NCBI GenBank assembly: GCA_043827405.1
Contig: JBDRPD010000001.1
Location: 14,651-78,650, forward strand
DNA: 64,000 bases
Reading direction: 5' to 3'
DNA from: Elusimicrobiota bacterium
Lineage (GTDB): Bacteria > Elusimicrobiota > Elusimicrobia > UBA1565
In this document: piece by piece, positions 38,151-46,966 of the stretch
Layout of the letters: each line of letters opens with the position of its first letter
Position numbering within the stretch: the first letter of the stretch is position 1
Notes under the pieces: model-generated
The model's input: the letters and a program-made list of their open reading frames with translations, nothing else
Told to the model about the DNA's origin: nothing
Databases searched by the model: none
Position numbers and translations under genes: made by a program

Positions 38151-39161
38151 ATGGAACACGCACTCACCCGCTTTATTGAAAGCATTTCCCTGATCCACCC
38201 GATTCTTGTATTCGGTCTGATCGCGGTCTGCTTGGGCCTCGTCGGCAAGAGCGCCGACATCCTGGTCGATGAGGCGGTGCTGCTGGCGCGGCGCTCCGGG
38301 GTGTCCACCGTTATCATCGGCGCGACCGTGGTCAGCCTCGGCACCACCATGCCGGAAGCCGCGATCTCGGTATTCGCCGCCATCCAGGGCAAGCCGGGTC
38401 TGGCGCTGGGCAACGCCGTCGGCTCGGTGATCTGCGATACCGGCCTGATCCTGGGTTTGGCCTGCATGCTGGGCGAGCTGCCGCTGGACCGCAGAACGGT
38501 GAACCGCCAGGGCTGGATCCAGCTGGGAGCGGGGATTCTCCTGGTGGCCGTGACCCTGGCCTTCGGCCGCCGCTTGCCGCGGGGCGCCGGCTTCGTATTT
38601 CTCGGTCTTCTTGCCGTCTATATCTGGCTGTCGGTCCGCTGGGGCAAGTCGGCCGGCTGCGAAGAGGGGGGAGAGGTGCCGCAGGAGTCGGCGGGATATA
38701 TCCTGCTCAAACTCGCGGGTGCGATCACTCTCCTTATTATCGGCTCACGGATCCTGATCCCCGCGGTCATGCATGTGGCGCTGCTCTTCGGCGTGCCCGA
38801 GGATATCATCGCCGCGACCTTGGTCGCCTTCGGCACTTCGCTCCCCGAGCTGATTACGGCGGTGACCGCCGTGCGCAAGGGCGAGGGGGGGCTGGCGGTC
38901 GGCAATATCATCGGCGCCGATATCCTGAACATCCTGTTCGTCTCGGGTGCGGCCTGCGCGGTGACGGCGGGCGGCCTGGCGGTGCCGGACACTTTCTTCA
39001 AGCTGCACTTCCCCGCGATGATCGCCATCCTGGTTATCTTCCGTCTGGGAATATTCTTCTCCGGCAAGCAGCTCAAGCGGCCTTTCGGCTTTCTGCTGCT
39101 CGCCTCCTATGCCGTGTATCTGATTCTGCAGTACACCCTGCTCGGCCGCGTCGGCGGCTGA
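38151..39161 (+). CDS. Calcium/sodium antiporter (CaCA, YrbG-like)
   Basis: Alpha-repeats 'GTTMPE...GNAVGS' and 'GTSLPE...GNIIGADI.N'. TATAAT at 38131. Confidence 0.92.
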   Translation: MEHALTRFIESISLIHPILVFGLIAVCLGLVGKSADILVDEAVLLARRSGVSTVIIGATVVSLGTTMPEAAISVFAAIQGKPGLALGNAVGSVICDTGLILGLACMLGELPLDRRTVNRQGWIQLGAGILLVAVTLAFGRRLPRGAGFVFLGLLAVYIWLSVRWGKSAGCEEGGEVPQESAGYILLKLAGAITLLIIGSRILIPAVMHVALLFGVPEDIIAATLVAFGTSLPELITAVTAVRKGEGGLAVGNIIGADILNILFVSGAACAVTAGGLAVPDTFFKLHFPAMIAILVIFRLGIFFSGKQLKRPFGFLLLASYAVYLILQYTLLGRVGG

Positions 39162-39175
39162 GCGCCCTGTCCTTG

Positions 39176-39255
39176 GTCCTAATAAAATTTGGGTCCAATT
39201 CCTGTGAAATGCGGTCTGGTTGACCCATGCGTATTCGCTGTTTTCCCAATAAGAT
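39176..39255 (+). promoter_or_regulatory. Conserved promoter architecture, copy 2
   Basis: GTCCTA-N8-TGGGTC-N24-TTGACCCATGC-N19-TAAGAT, 7 nt before ATG 39263. Confidence 0.75.
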
Positions 39256-39262
39256 CATAGAG

Positions 39263-40561
39263 ATGAGCGTTTTCCTTAGAAAGCTTCTGGCGTCCGTCAT
39301 CACCGCTTCCCTGCTGGTGGCCCAGCAGGGTTTTTCTTTTAGCGCTCAGGCGGCGATCAAGGTGAACCTCGCGGCGACGAGCGGCGGCTCCAGCGCGGCG
39401 GCGGCGGCGGGCGGCGTTATCGGCGCCAATAGCGCGCTCAACAATCTTAAACTTTCCGCCCAGGGCTTGAACCTTAAGACCGGCGTCCTGCCGTCGGTGA
39501 ATATGCCGAATGTCTCGGTGAACGGCGCCGTCGGTAATGTCGAAACCGTGCTGCCGCTGTCGGTGGCGGCGCCGACTATGGAAGCCAAGAAAGCCCAGGG
39601 AGTCGGGACCGTCTCCGCCGCTGAGGTTCCGGCCGCCGCGCCGGCGCTGGCAAGGAACGGGCACCAGAAAACGGTGATGCGCCGGGCCGCTCGCATCCAG
39701 CAGGCGCTGGGCAAAAAGACTGCCACCGAACTGCATCAGCTTTTCGATAATGCGCGCCAGGCCGGCGCGGAAAACTTCGTCGGGGCGGAAGAAAGCGGCG
39801 CGAAAAAGCCGGCGGTGAAGCTTAAGCCGGCCGCGGAAGCCCCGGTCAAGAAACGCCGGCTCATCGAGTTCCGTCCCGAGGTCATCAAGGGCATCAAGGA
39901 AGCTTTCCGCAGTTCGTGGACCCGGCCCAACAAGCAGGACTATACCTACCTGGTCACCAAGACTTTCGGCGTCAACCTGGCGGTGCGGCTCGGCTTTGTC
40001 ATCCAGGGCGTCATGGGCGGCACTTTGCCGCTGCTGCGGGCCATTCTGTCGACCACCTGGTATCAGGCGCAGGACGCGGTCTTCACCGTTTTCGGGCAGA
40101 CCTATATGAAGTTCCTCAACAAGATGACGGGTCTGCTGCGCATCCATAACGCCGAGGTCGGCGACTTCCTCTTCATCTATACCCAGCTCGTCTTCTTCGA
40201 ATTCCTTAACCGGCTCGTGCTCGGTCCCTTGGGCGCCAATCCGCTGGTCTATAGCTGGGCCGGCATAGGGCTGATTTTCCTCAATATCATACAGGGCATG
40301 ATCGCCGGCGGTCCGCTCATCCCGGCCATCAACAAGATGCACAAGGCGGGCGTGATCAAGCACTCCACCATGATGCATCTCTACCAGATATCCAGCCTGA
40401 CCATGCATCTGGGGCTGTTCGCGACCTTCGGCTTTCAGTCGATCTTTACCTTGCTCAGCACCATCCTCATGTTCATATCGTGGGGGCTTTACCTCTACTT
40501 TACGGCCTTCTACAAGCCGCCTCCCGGCGCCGTATTGCCCGACGAGTCCAACGGCCTCTGA
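39263..40561 (+). CDS. Leader-tagged multi-pass membrane protein of unknown family
   Basis: Start moved to ATG 39263. Leader is homologous to those of 34305 and 40664. The C-terminal ~210-aa membrane domain is paralogous to 45628-46833. Confidence 0.8.
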   Translation: MSVFLRKLLASVITASLLVAQQGFSFSAQAAIKVNLAATSGGSSAAAAAGGVIGANSALNNLKLSAQGLNLKTGVLPSVNMPNVSVNGAVGNVETVLPLSVAAPTMEAKKAQGVGTVSAAEVPAAAPALARNGHQKTVMRRAARIQQALGKKTATELHQLFDNARQAGAENFVGAEESGAKKPAVKLKPAAEAPVKKRRLIEFRPEVIKGIKEAFRSSWTRPNKQDYTYLVTKTFGVNLAVRLGFVIQGVMGGTLPLLRAILSTTWYQAQDAVFTVFGQTYMKFLNKMTGLLRIHNAEVGDFLFIYTQLVFFEFLNRLVLGPLGANPLVYSWAGIGLIFLNIIQGMIAGGPLIPAINKMHKAGVIKHSTMMHLYQISSLTMHLGLFATFGFQSIFTLLSTILMFISWGLYLYFTAFYKPPPGAVLPDESNGL

Positions 40562-40575
40562 CCTCCCGTCCGTTG

Positions 40576-40655
40576 GGCCTATTATTTTTTGGGTCCTATT
40601 TCATCCGAATCAGACCTTGTTGACCCATGCGGGCCCGGCGCTTCGCGGTTAATAT
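40576..40655 (+). promoter_or_regulatory. Conserved promoter architecture, copy 3
   Basis: GGCCTA-N8-TGGGTC-N24-TTGACCCATGC-N19-TAATAT, before GTG 40661 / ATG 40664. Confidence 0.75.
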
Positions 40656-40663
40656 TAATAGTG

Positions 40664-43213
40664 ATGATACGCTTTAAGAAGATTCTCGCCTCGCTTCTCT
40701 CAGCCTCCCTGCTGATCGCCCAGCAGGGCTTTTTATTCCGGGCGGACGCGGCGGTCAAGGTCAATGTCGCGGGAACCGCGAGCGGCGGCGGCGCGGCCGC
40801 GGCGGCCGGGGGCTCTCTCGGCGTCAACAATGCATCGCTTAACAGCCTCCAGCTTTCCAATCAGGGCCTGAACCTCAAGACCGGCGTCCTGCCTTCGGTC
40901 GGCAACATTCAGGCGGAGATAAATCCGCAGTCGTTAATAAAGTCGGTCGCCCTTCCCAAGGCGGTCGCCGCGCAGGGGATCGCCGGCAAAGTCAAAGCCG
41001 CTGAATCGATTGCGCAGCCGGGAGCGGAGACCAAGGAAGCGAAGGTTTCTCCCTCCGCGCAGGCCCGGACGCTGTCGCGCGAGCTCGCAAAGAGCTCTAA
41101 GAAGGAGCGCGGCGGCCTGCTCAGCAAGTTTTTCGACAGCTCCAAGCACGGCCTGTCGCATAAGGATGCGGCGGTCGAGCCGGGCGAGGGCGATTTCGGC
41201 GGCGGCCGCAGCGGGCTCAATAAGAAGCCCGGCCTCAAAGAGCTGCGCACGCTGCTCGTTGACGGTACGGTCGCCGAGGACGGTCCGCTCCAGCCTTTCG
41301 GCTTCCGGACGCCGGATGGGACTTATGTCGCGGCGCCGACGGCGGGTCTGGAATCCTTCTTTGAAGCCAAGCAGACCCATGAATGGCGCCATGGTGAGGC
41401 GAACTCGTCCGGACAGGTCAACGATTACTTCAACTATCTCGACGCGCTTCTCGCGCCGCTGGCCTGGACGGTAGAGATTCGACGCGATCTGAGGACCCTC
41501 AAGCTTTTGGCGATGGATGACCTGGCGAAAAACCGCGCGCTTAACGAGCTTCTTATAAAGACCGTCGGCCGGATTCAGAGCATGGAGGTCAAGGAAATTC
41601 TGGCCGGCTCCAAGGCGCCGAACTCTTTGGAAGAGGCGACGCTGGATATCGATCCGAACCGGGAGTACTACCCCTCGCCGGAAGATTGGCGCGACGAGGT
41701 CATCTACTTCTCCATGATCGACCGCTTTTCACGGAGCAAGAAGGGGATGCCGCGCGGCGACCCTAAAGACGGCGGCTCCCGTCATGGCGGCGACATCCGG
41801 GGCATCATCGACCGCCTGGACTACATCAAGGAGTCCGGCGTTACTTCAATCCTTTTCACCCCGGTTACCATGGGATTGCCCAAGGCCTATCATGGCTACG
41901 CTCCCCTGCATCTCCTCGAAGTCGATCCCCATCTGGGCACCATGGAGGATTACAAGGAGATGGTCCGCGAGGCGCATAAGCGCGGCATCCGGGTTATTAT
42001 GGACCTGGTCCTCAACCATACCGGGCCGGTTTTCGAGTACAAAGACGGCAGCCGCTGGTCGGGTGTCGATAAGCCGCGCAAAGAGATCGACGATTGGACC
42101 TTTGACCTGAAGCCCGTTGAGCTTAAGGACGCGGGACGCTTCTCGCGGCGGGGCGTCATCGACGACTGGCAGCATCCGGACCAGGTGACCAAGGGCGACT
42201 TCCCGCCCAACTACCGGCACTTCCGGACCGACGATCCCAAGACGCGCAAGATGCTGACCCAGGTGGCGCTGTGGTGGCTCAAAGAAACCGATGTCGACGG
42301 TTTCCGCCTCGATGCCATTCGCCATGTCGATCCCTCTTTCTGGCCGGAGTTCAACCGCGCGGTGCGGCAATACGCCGCCAAGCTCGGCAAGAAGAACTTC
42401 TTCCTGCTGGGCGAGAACTCGACCGGGGTGGACTGGGAGCTGCTGCAGTATATGGGGAAGGACCAGTTTGACAGCACCTACAACTATCCGTCTTACCGCC
42501 GAGACAATAAGGCGCTGCACGGCGCCGCGCCGACGAAAGCGCTCGAAGACAGCATTAAGGCCAACCTCTCGGTTCTCGGCGGCTTTGCCGGGTACTTATT
42601 ACGCTTCATCGATCTGCACGACACCTACCGCTTCCTGCGCTCGCGCGAGCCCATCAACATCCTCAAGCTGGGGATGACCTACCTGATGTTCTCGCTCGGC
42701 ATCCCGATCGTCTACGCCGGCACGGAGCAGGCCATGCGGCAGTACGTCGACAGCCTGGACCCGGAGGGGCCGCACCAGCCGGCCGACCCGCAGAACCGTG
42801 AGGACATGTTCCCCGAGGGGCAGTTTAAGTCCGAGAGCTCCAAGGGCGATATGTTTAATGCGGAATCGGACACTTTTAAGTTCCTGCGCCGGCTCGCGGA
42901 CCTGCGGCAAAAGCATCCGGCCCTGCGCCGCGGCGAACACCAACCGCGCTGGGTCGATCCTTACGGCCCCGGCATCTATGCATTCAGCCGCATCTACGGT
43001 GACGAGGAGGTCCTGGTGGTTATGAACACCTCCGGCGTCGAGCGCTCGGCCTCCATGTACGTTGACGCCGAGCGCAGCCCGGGCGGCACCCGGTTCGCCG
43101 ACGAGCTCGACCGCGCCTACACGGGCGTCGCCAAGACCCACCCCGAAGGCGGCTCCATGCTCGACGTCACCGTCCCCGCCAACGGCGTGCGCGTCCTCGT
43201 CCGCCGCCGCTAA
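40664..43213 (+). CDS. Leader-tagged GH13 alpha-amylase-family glycosidase
   Basis: DWRDEVIYF..IDRF, GGDIRGIIDRLDYI, YHGY, DLVLNH, DGFRLDAIRH, GEN and DLHD. Start could be 40661. Confidence 0.92.
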   Translation: MIRFKKILASLLSASLLIAQQGFLFRADAAVKVNVAGTASGGGAAAAAGGSLGVNNASLNSLQLSNQGLNLKTGVLPSVGNIQAEINPQSLIKSVALPKAVAAQGIAGKVKAAESIAQPGAETKEAKVSPSAQARTLSRELAKSSKKERGGLLSKFFDSSKHGLSHKDAAVEPGEGDFGGGRSGLNKKPGLKELRTLLVDGTVAEDGPLQPFGFRTPDGTYVAAPTAGLESFFEAKQTHEWRHGEANSSGQVNDYFNYLDALLAPLAWTVEIRRDLRTLKLLAMDDLAKNRALNELLIKTVGRIQSMEVKEILAGSKAPNSLEEATLDIDPNREYYPSPEDWRDEVIYFSMIDRFSRSKKGMPRGDPKDGGSRHGGDIRGIIDRLDYIKESGVTSILFTPVTMGLPKAYHGYAPLHLLEVDPHLGTMEDYKEMVREAHKRGIRVIMDLVLNHTGPVFEYKDGSRWSGVDKPRKEIDDWTFDLKPVELKDAGRFSRRGVIDDWQHPDQVTKGDFPPNYRHFRTDDPKTRKMLTQVALWWLKETDVDGFRLDAIRHVDPSFWPEFNRAVRQYAAKLGKKNFFLLGENSTGVDWELLQYMGKDQFDSTYNYPSYRRDNKALHGAAPTKALEDSIKANLSVLGGFAGYLLRFIDLHDTYRFLRSREPINILKLGMTYLMFSLGIPIVYAGTEQAMRQYVDSLDPEGPHQPADPQNREDMFPEGQFKSESSKGDMFNAESDTFKFLRRLADLRQKHPALRRGEHQPRWVDPYGPGIYAFSRIYGDEEVLVVMNTSGVERSASMYVDAERSPGGTRFADELDRAYTGVAKTHPEGGSMLDVTVPANGVRVLVRRR

Positions 43214-45619
43214 ATGAGCCCGCAGTCCTGGCTCGGAAAATCCATTTACTTCATTCTGACCGACCGCTTCTACAACGGCGACAAGTCCAATGACGACTTC
43301 GGCCAAGGTGAGTACGATCCCCAGAGCGACGATTGCTTCCAGGGCGGCGATCTTAATGGCATAACGCGCAAGCTCCCGCATATCAGGAAGCTGGGCTTCG
43401 ACGCGATCTGGCTCACTCCGCCGGTGCATAACCAGTGGATCAACCCCTATATCGCGACCCGGGGCTTCCACGGCTACTGGGCCTACGATTTTACCCGGGT
43501 CGATCCCCATTTCGGCACCTTGGAGGATTACAAGAGGCTGGTGCGCGAGGCGCATAAGCTCGGCCTCAAGGTGATCCAGGATATCGTCGTTAACCACACG
43601 GGCAACTTCTTTACGGTCGACGACAAAGGCTACGATCCCCGGAAGCCGGAAAAGAACTGGCGCGGCGTGATCAAGAAGGGCGCCAAGGCGCCGCGTGATC
43701 CGGTCTTCAAGCTGAACAACCCGAACAATCCCGCGCACAAGAAGGCGGGCGTCTACAACTTCACGCCCAATATCTCCGATTTCAAGAGCCGTGAGCAGAC
43801 CTTGACCTACTCCATGGGCGACCTCGACGACATCAACCTGCGCAGCCCGCTGGCCGCCAACCGGATGAAGGAGATCTACCGCTACTGGATCGAGGAAGTG
43901 GGGATCGACGGCTACCGGGTCGATACCGTCTACTACACGCCGGAGGATTTCTACGAGGGCTTTCTCTACGATGATTCGCCGCAGCACCCCGGCATCAAGC
44001 GGGGGAACAAGGACTTCTTCGTCTTCGGCGAGGTGTGGTCCTACGACTATAAGGCGATAAATAAATATCTCAAAGACGGACGGACAAAGCGGCTGGACTC
44101 CGCGATCGACCTGCCGCTCAACGAGGCCCTGACCCAGGTATTCTATCGCAAGACCCCGACCGAGGACCTGCGCAAAGCGCTGTCCGCCCGGCGGCACAAC
44201 CGGAACCTGTGGGTCAATTTCCTCGACAACCACGACGTCGAACGGATGAACAGCCGCGCCAACTGGCGCAGCGTCCGGCAGTCCTTGGTCGCGCTGTTTA
44301 CGCTGCCCGGCATCCCCTGCGTTTACTACGGCACCGAAGCCGGCTTCAAGGCGGCGCGGCAGAATATGTTCAAGGACAGCTGCTACGATGAGAAATCGAA
44401 GTATTGCCGGTTTCTGCGCCAACTGCTTCGCTTGCGCAAACAGCATCCGGCCCTGAGCCGCGGCGCCTGCTCGGTCGAGCGGGCCTCGTTCTCCTGCGGG
44501 GTGCTGTCCTATGCGGTCGAGCATGCCGGAGAGCGCTACCTGATGGTCTTTAATACGGCGCCGGACCGCATGTTCTATGAGCTGGAGGAGGGGCGGTCTT
44601 ATCAGGTGCTGCTGTCATCCGAGAAGGATCGAGCGGCCGGCGGTGCAATGATATTAGCGCCGGAGTCGTACTACGTGCTCAAGGCCGGGGGACGCAAGGA
44701 GAAAGCCGGGAAGGGCCGGCCGAATATCCGCATGCGTCCGCTGCGTCCGGGAACATACTCCGACGACATCGGCATCCGCTTCCGGCTCGACAAGCCCGGG
44801 AAGATCAGCGGCCTGTATCTGCTCTCTAACGACAACTTCGATAAGAGGGTCAAGATCGCACAGCCCCGGGACGGCAAGCTTAGTCTACGCGCCGCCGAGC
44901 TTGATAACGGCAAGCATCGTCTGCGCCTGCTGGCGAAGACCGGGACCCAAAGCTTCAGTGCGTCCGCCAGCTCGGAGATCACGGTGCGCAACGCTTACCG
45001 GCGGCTGACGGATTTTACGCTGCCGGCGGGAAATAAGGGCGGCCTGGACTGCGAGCTTCATATTCCCGCGGACCCGAGCTATGACCGGCAGTGCTCAATC
45101 GAACGCGTCAGCGTCTATTCGAGCGGCAGGGATTTGCGGCTGCAGCTGAAGATGGCCAATGTCACCGATGATTGGAACCCGCCGCACGGCTACGATCACG
45201 TCTACTTTAATGTGCTCTTCGACTTCCCCGGGGAAAAGGGCCGGTGCTTTTTCCCGAAGATGAACTACCGGTGCCGGGATTTCGCGTTCAATGCCGGCTT
45301 TCTGCTTTACGGCTGGGGCGCCCAGTCCTACGGGACGAAAGGTGCGTCGGAGGACGCCTACGGCGAGCCGCTGTTCGGGGAGATCGTGCAGGCCGCTGAT
45401 TTAAAGACGCAAACGATCACTTTTACGTTTTCCAGCAAGTTCTTCGATTCCCTGAAGACGCTCGACGGGGTAAAGATCTTCCTCTCCACCTGGGACGGCT
45501 ATCTCGCGGATTTCCGCAAGATCGCGAACCGGAAATCGGACTGGGAATTCTATACCCTCAAAAGCGGGCGCATCGAGGATGTTCCCCGCATCTTCGATTA
45601 TGCGATAATCCGTATCTAG
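43214..45619 (+). CDS. GH13 alpha-amylase-family glycosidase with no signal or leader, and a C-terminal glucodextranase/DOMON-like domain
   Basis: IYFILTDRFYNGD, FHGYW, DIVVNH, DGYRVDT, GEVW and FLDNHD. C-terminal 'WNPPHGYDHV' motif. Confidence 0.9.
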   Translation: MSPQSWLGKSIYFILTDRFYNGDKSNDDFGQGEYDPQSDDCFQGGDLNGITRKLPHIRKLGFDAIWLTPPVHNQWINPYIATRGFHGYWAYDFTRVDPHFGTLEDYKRLVREAHKLGLKVIQDIVVNHTGNFFTVDDKGYDPRKPEKNWRGVIKKGAKAPRDPVFKLNNPNNPAHKKAGVYNFTPNISDFKSREQTLTYSMGDLDDINLRSPLAANRMKEIYRYWIEEVGIDGYRVDTVYYTPEDFYEGFLYDDSPQHPGIKRGNKDFFVFGEVWSYDYKAINKYLKDGRTKRLDSAIDLPLNEALTQVFYRKTPTEDLRKALSARRHNRNLWVNFLDNHDVERMNSRANWRSVRQSLVALFTLPGIPCVYYGTEAGFKAARQNMFKDSCYDEKSKYCRFLRQLLRLRKQHPALSRGACSVERASFSCGVLSYAVEHAGERYLMVFNTAPDRMFYELEEGRSYQVLLSSEKDRAAGGAMILAPESYYVLKAGGRKEKAGKGRPNIRMRPLRPGTYSDDIGIRFRLDKPGKISGLYLLSNDNFDKRVKIAQPRDGKLSLRAAELDNGKHRLRLLAKTGTQSFSASASSEITVRNAYRRLTDFTLPAGNKGGLDCELHIPADPSYDRQCSIERVSVYSSGRDLRLQLKMANVTDDWNPPHGYDHVYFNVLFDFPGEKGRCFFPKMNYRCRDFAFNAGFLLYGWGAQSYGTKGASEDAYGEPLFGEIVQAADLKTQTITFTFSSKFFDSLKTLDGVKIFLSTWDGYLADFRKIANRKSDWEFYTLKSGRIEDVPRIFDYAIIRI

Positions 45620-45627
45620 AGTCCCCC

Positions 45628-46833
45628 ATGCCTTTACCTGCGAACAAGGATGTGGTCGTCATCGCCCTCGACACCGCGGCGGATAAGCGTGAGTACTTTC
45701 TGTGCTCCGGCTCGGATCTCGGCGGCGGAGACGGCTTTAAGAAGGTGCGGCCCGGCACCCTCTTCGCGCCGGAGAACGACGCCTTTTTCGCGTCGTTGGC
45801 GGACGGCGGCAGGGTTCACATTATCGTCTATCCGACGCGTACCTACTCCGAAGGTTTCGGCGGCAGCATGTTCTCGGACATCGCCCCCGAGGATCGCCGG
45901 ATGATTCGCAAGATAAGGGCGCGCTACGAGGATAGAACGGACTGCTGCAAGGTTCCGCTCAGCGATACGCTGCTGTTCGAGGGGCTGGAGAAGTATTTCG
46001 CCGGCGACGAGGAGCGGGCGCGGTACCGCAGTGAGAAAAGCGCGCCGGTCGAGAAGAAGCAGGAGCGGATCAAGAGGGAGGGGAAGCGCGGCTTTTTTAC
46101 GGTCGATCCGAAGTATCTCATCAACATCAAAGAAATATTTGTCAGCTGCATGACCCGCCCCAACCGCCAGGACTATATGTGGCTGGCGACCAAGACCTTT
46201 GGGCTGAACCTGGTGGTCCGGCTCTTCTTTGTCTGCAAGGGGGTGATGAGCGGAGACCTGTCGATGGTCCGCGCCGTTCTTTCCACGACCTGGTACCAGA
46301 TCCAGGACGCCGTCTTCACGGTCTTCGGCCAGACCTATATGAAGTTCCTTGGCAAGATGACCGGGCTTATCCGCATTCGCAACGCGCAGGTCGGGGACTT
46401 CGTCTTCGTCTACTTCCAGCTCTGCGGCTTCGAGTTCCTCAACCGTCTGCTGCTGGGCCCTCTTGGAGAGAACCCGCTCGTCTATACCGGGTTCGGCATC
46501 GGGCTCATCTTCGTCAATATCCTGCAGGGCATGCTCTCCGGCGGTCCGCTTATTCCCGCGATCAATAAGATGCGGCGGGCCGGAGTCATCAGCCACCCGG
46601 TGATGATGCATCTCTATCAGGCCTCGAGCTTGACCATGCAGTTCGGCCTGTTGGCGAGCTTCGGCTACCAGACCTTCTACGCGATACTAACCGGCGCCGT
46701 GCTGGTCTTCTCTTGGTCGAGCTACGTGATCTTCTCGACCTTCTTCAAGGACCCGGAGTTTTCCGGCGTCACCGACCGGGAGCTGATGGCCAAGCTCGAC
46801 GGTCTCGCCGCCAAGTGCTACGCCTCCTCCTGA
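45628..46833 (+). CDS. Multi-pass membrane protein; untagged paralog of 39263-40561
   Basis: Shares 'RPN.QDY..L.TKTFG.NL.VRL', 'STTWYQ.QDAVFTVFGQTYMKFL', 'FEFLNRL.LGPLG.NPLVY' and 'GGPLIPAINKM'. Has a different soluble N-terminal domain. Confidence 0.8.
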   Translation: MPLPANKDVVVIALDTAADKREYFLCSGSDLGGGDGFKKVRPGTLFAPENDAFFASLADGGRVHIIVYPTRTYSEGFGGSMFSDIAPEDRRMIRKIRARYEDRTDCCKVPLSDTLLFEGLEKYFAGDEERARYRSEKSAPVEKKQERIKREGKRGFFTVDPKYLINIKEIFVSCMTRPNRQDYMWLATKTFGLNLVVRLFFVCKGVMSGDLSMVRAVLSTTWYQIQDAVFTVFGQTYMKFLGKMTGLIRIRNAQVGDFVFVYFQLCGFEFLNRLLLGPLGENPLVYTGFGIGLIFVNILQGMLSGGPLIPAINKMRRAGVISHPVMMHLYQASSLTMQFGLLASFGYQTFYAILTGAVLVFSWSSYVIFSTFFKDPEFSGVTDRELMAKLDGLAAKCYASS

Positions 46834-46835
46834 GC

Positions 46836-46940
46836 GCTGCTCTCTGAGCTCGCCGCTTCCGTCGACTGTCTTTCCTCCGCGCTGGGCAAGGTCTACGCTT
46901 CGTCAAGACAGTCGACGGAATCGGCTTGGCCGGGAGCAGC
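46836..46940. repeat. Long inverted repeat between convergent genes
   Basis: Perfect 16-bp arms TTCCGTCGACTGTCTT (46857-46872) and AAGACAGTCGACGGAA (46905-46920), extendable imperfectly to GCTGCTCTC/GGGAGCAGC. Confidence 0.75.
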
Positions 46941-46966
46941 CAGGTCCGGCCGTCGGCGCGCACGGA

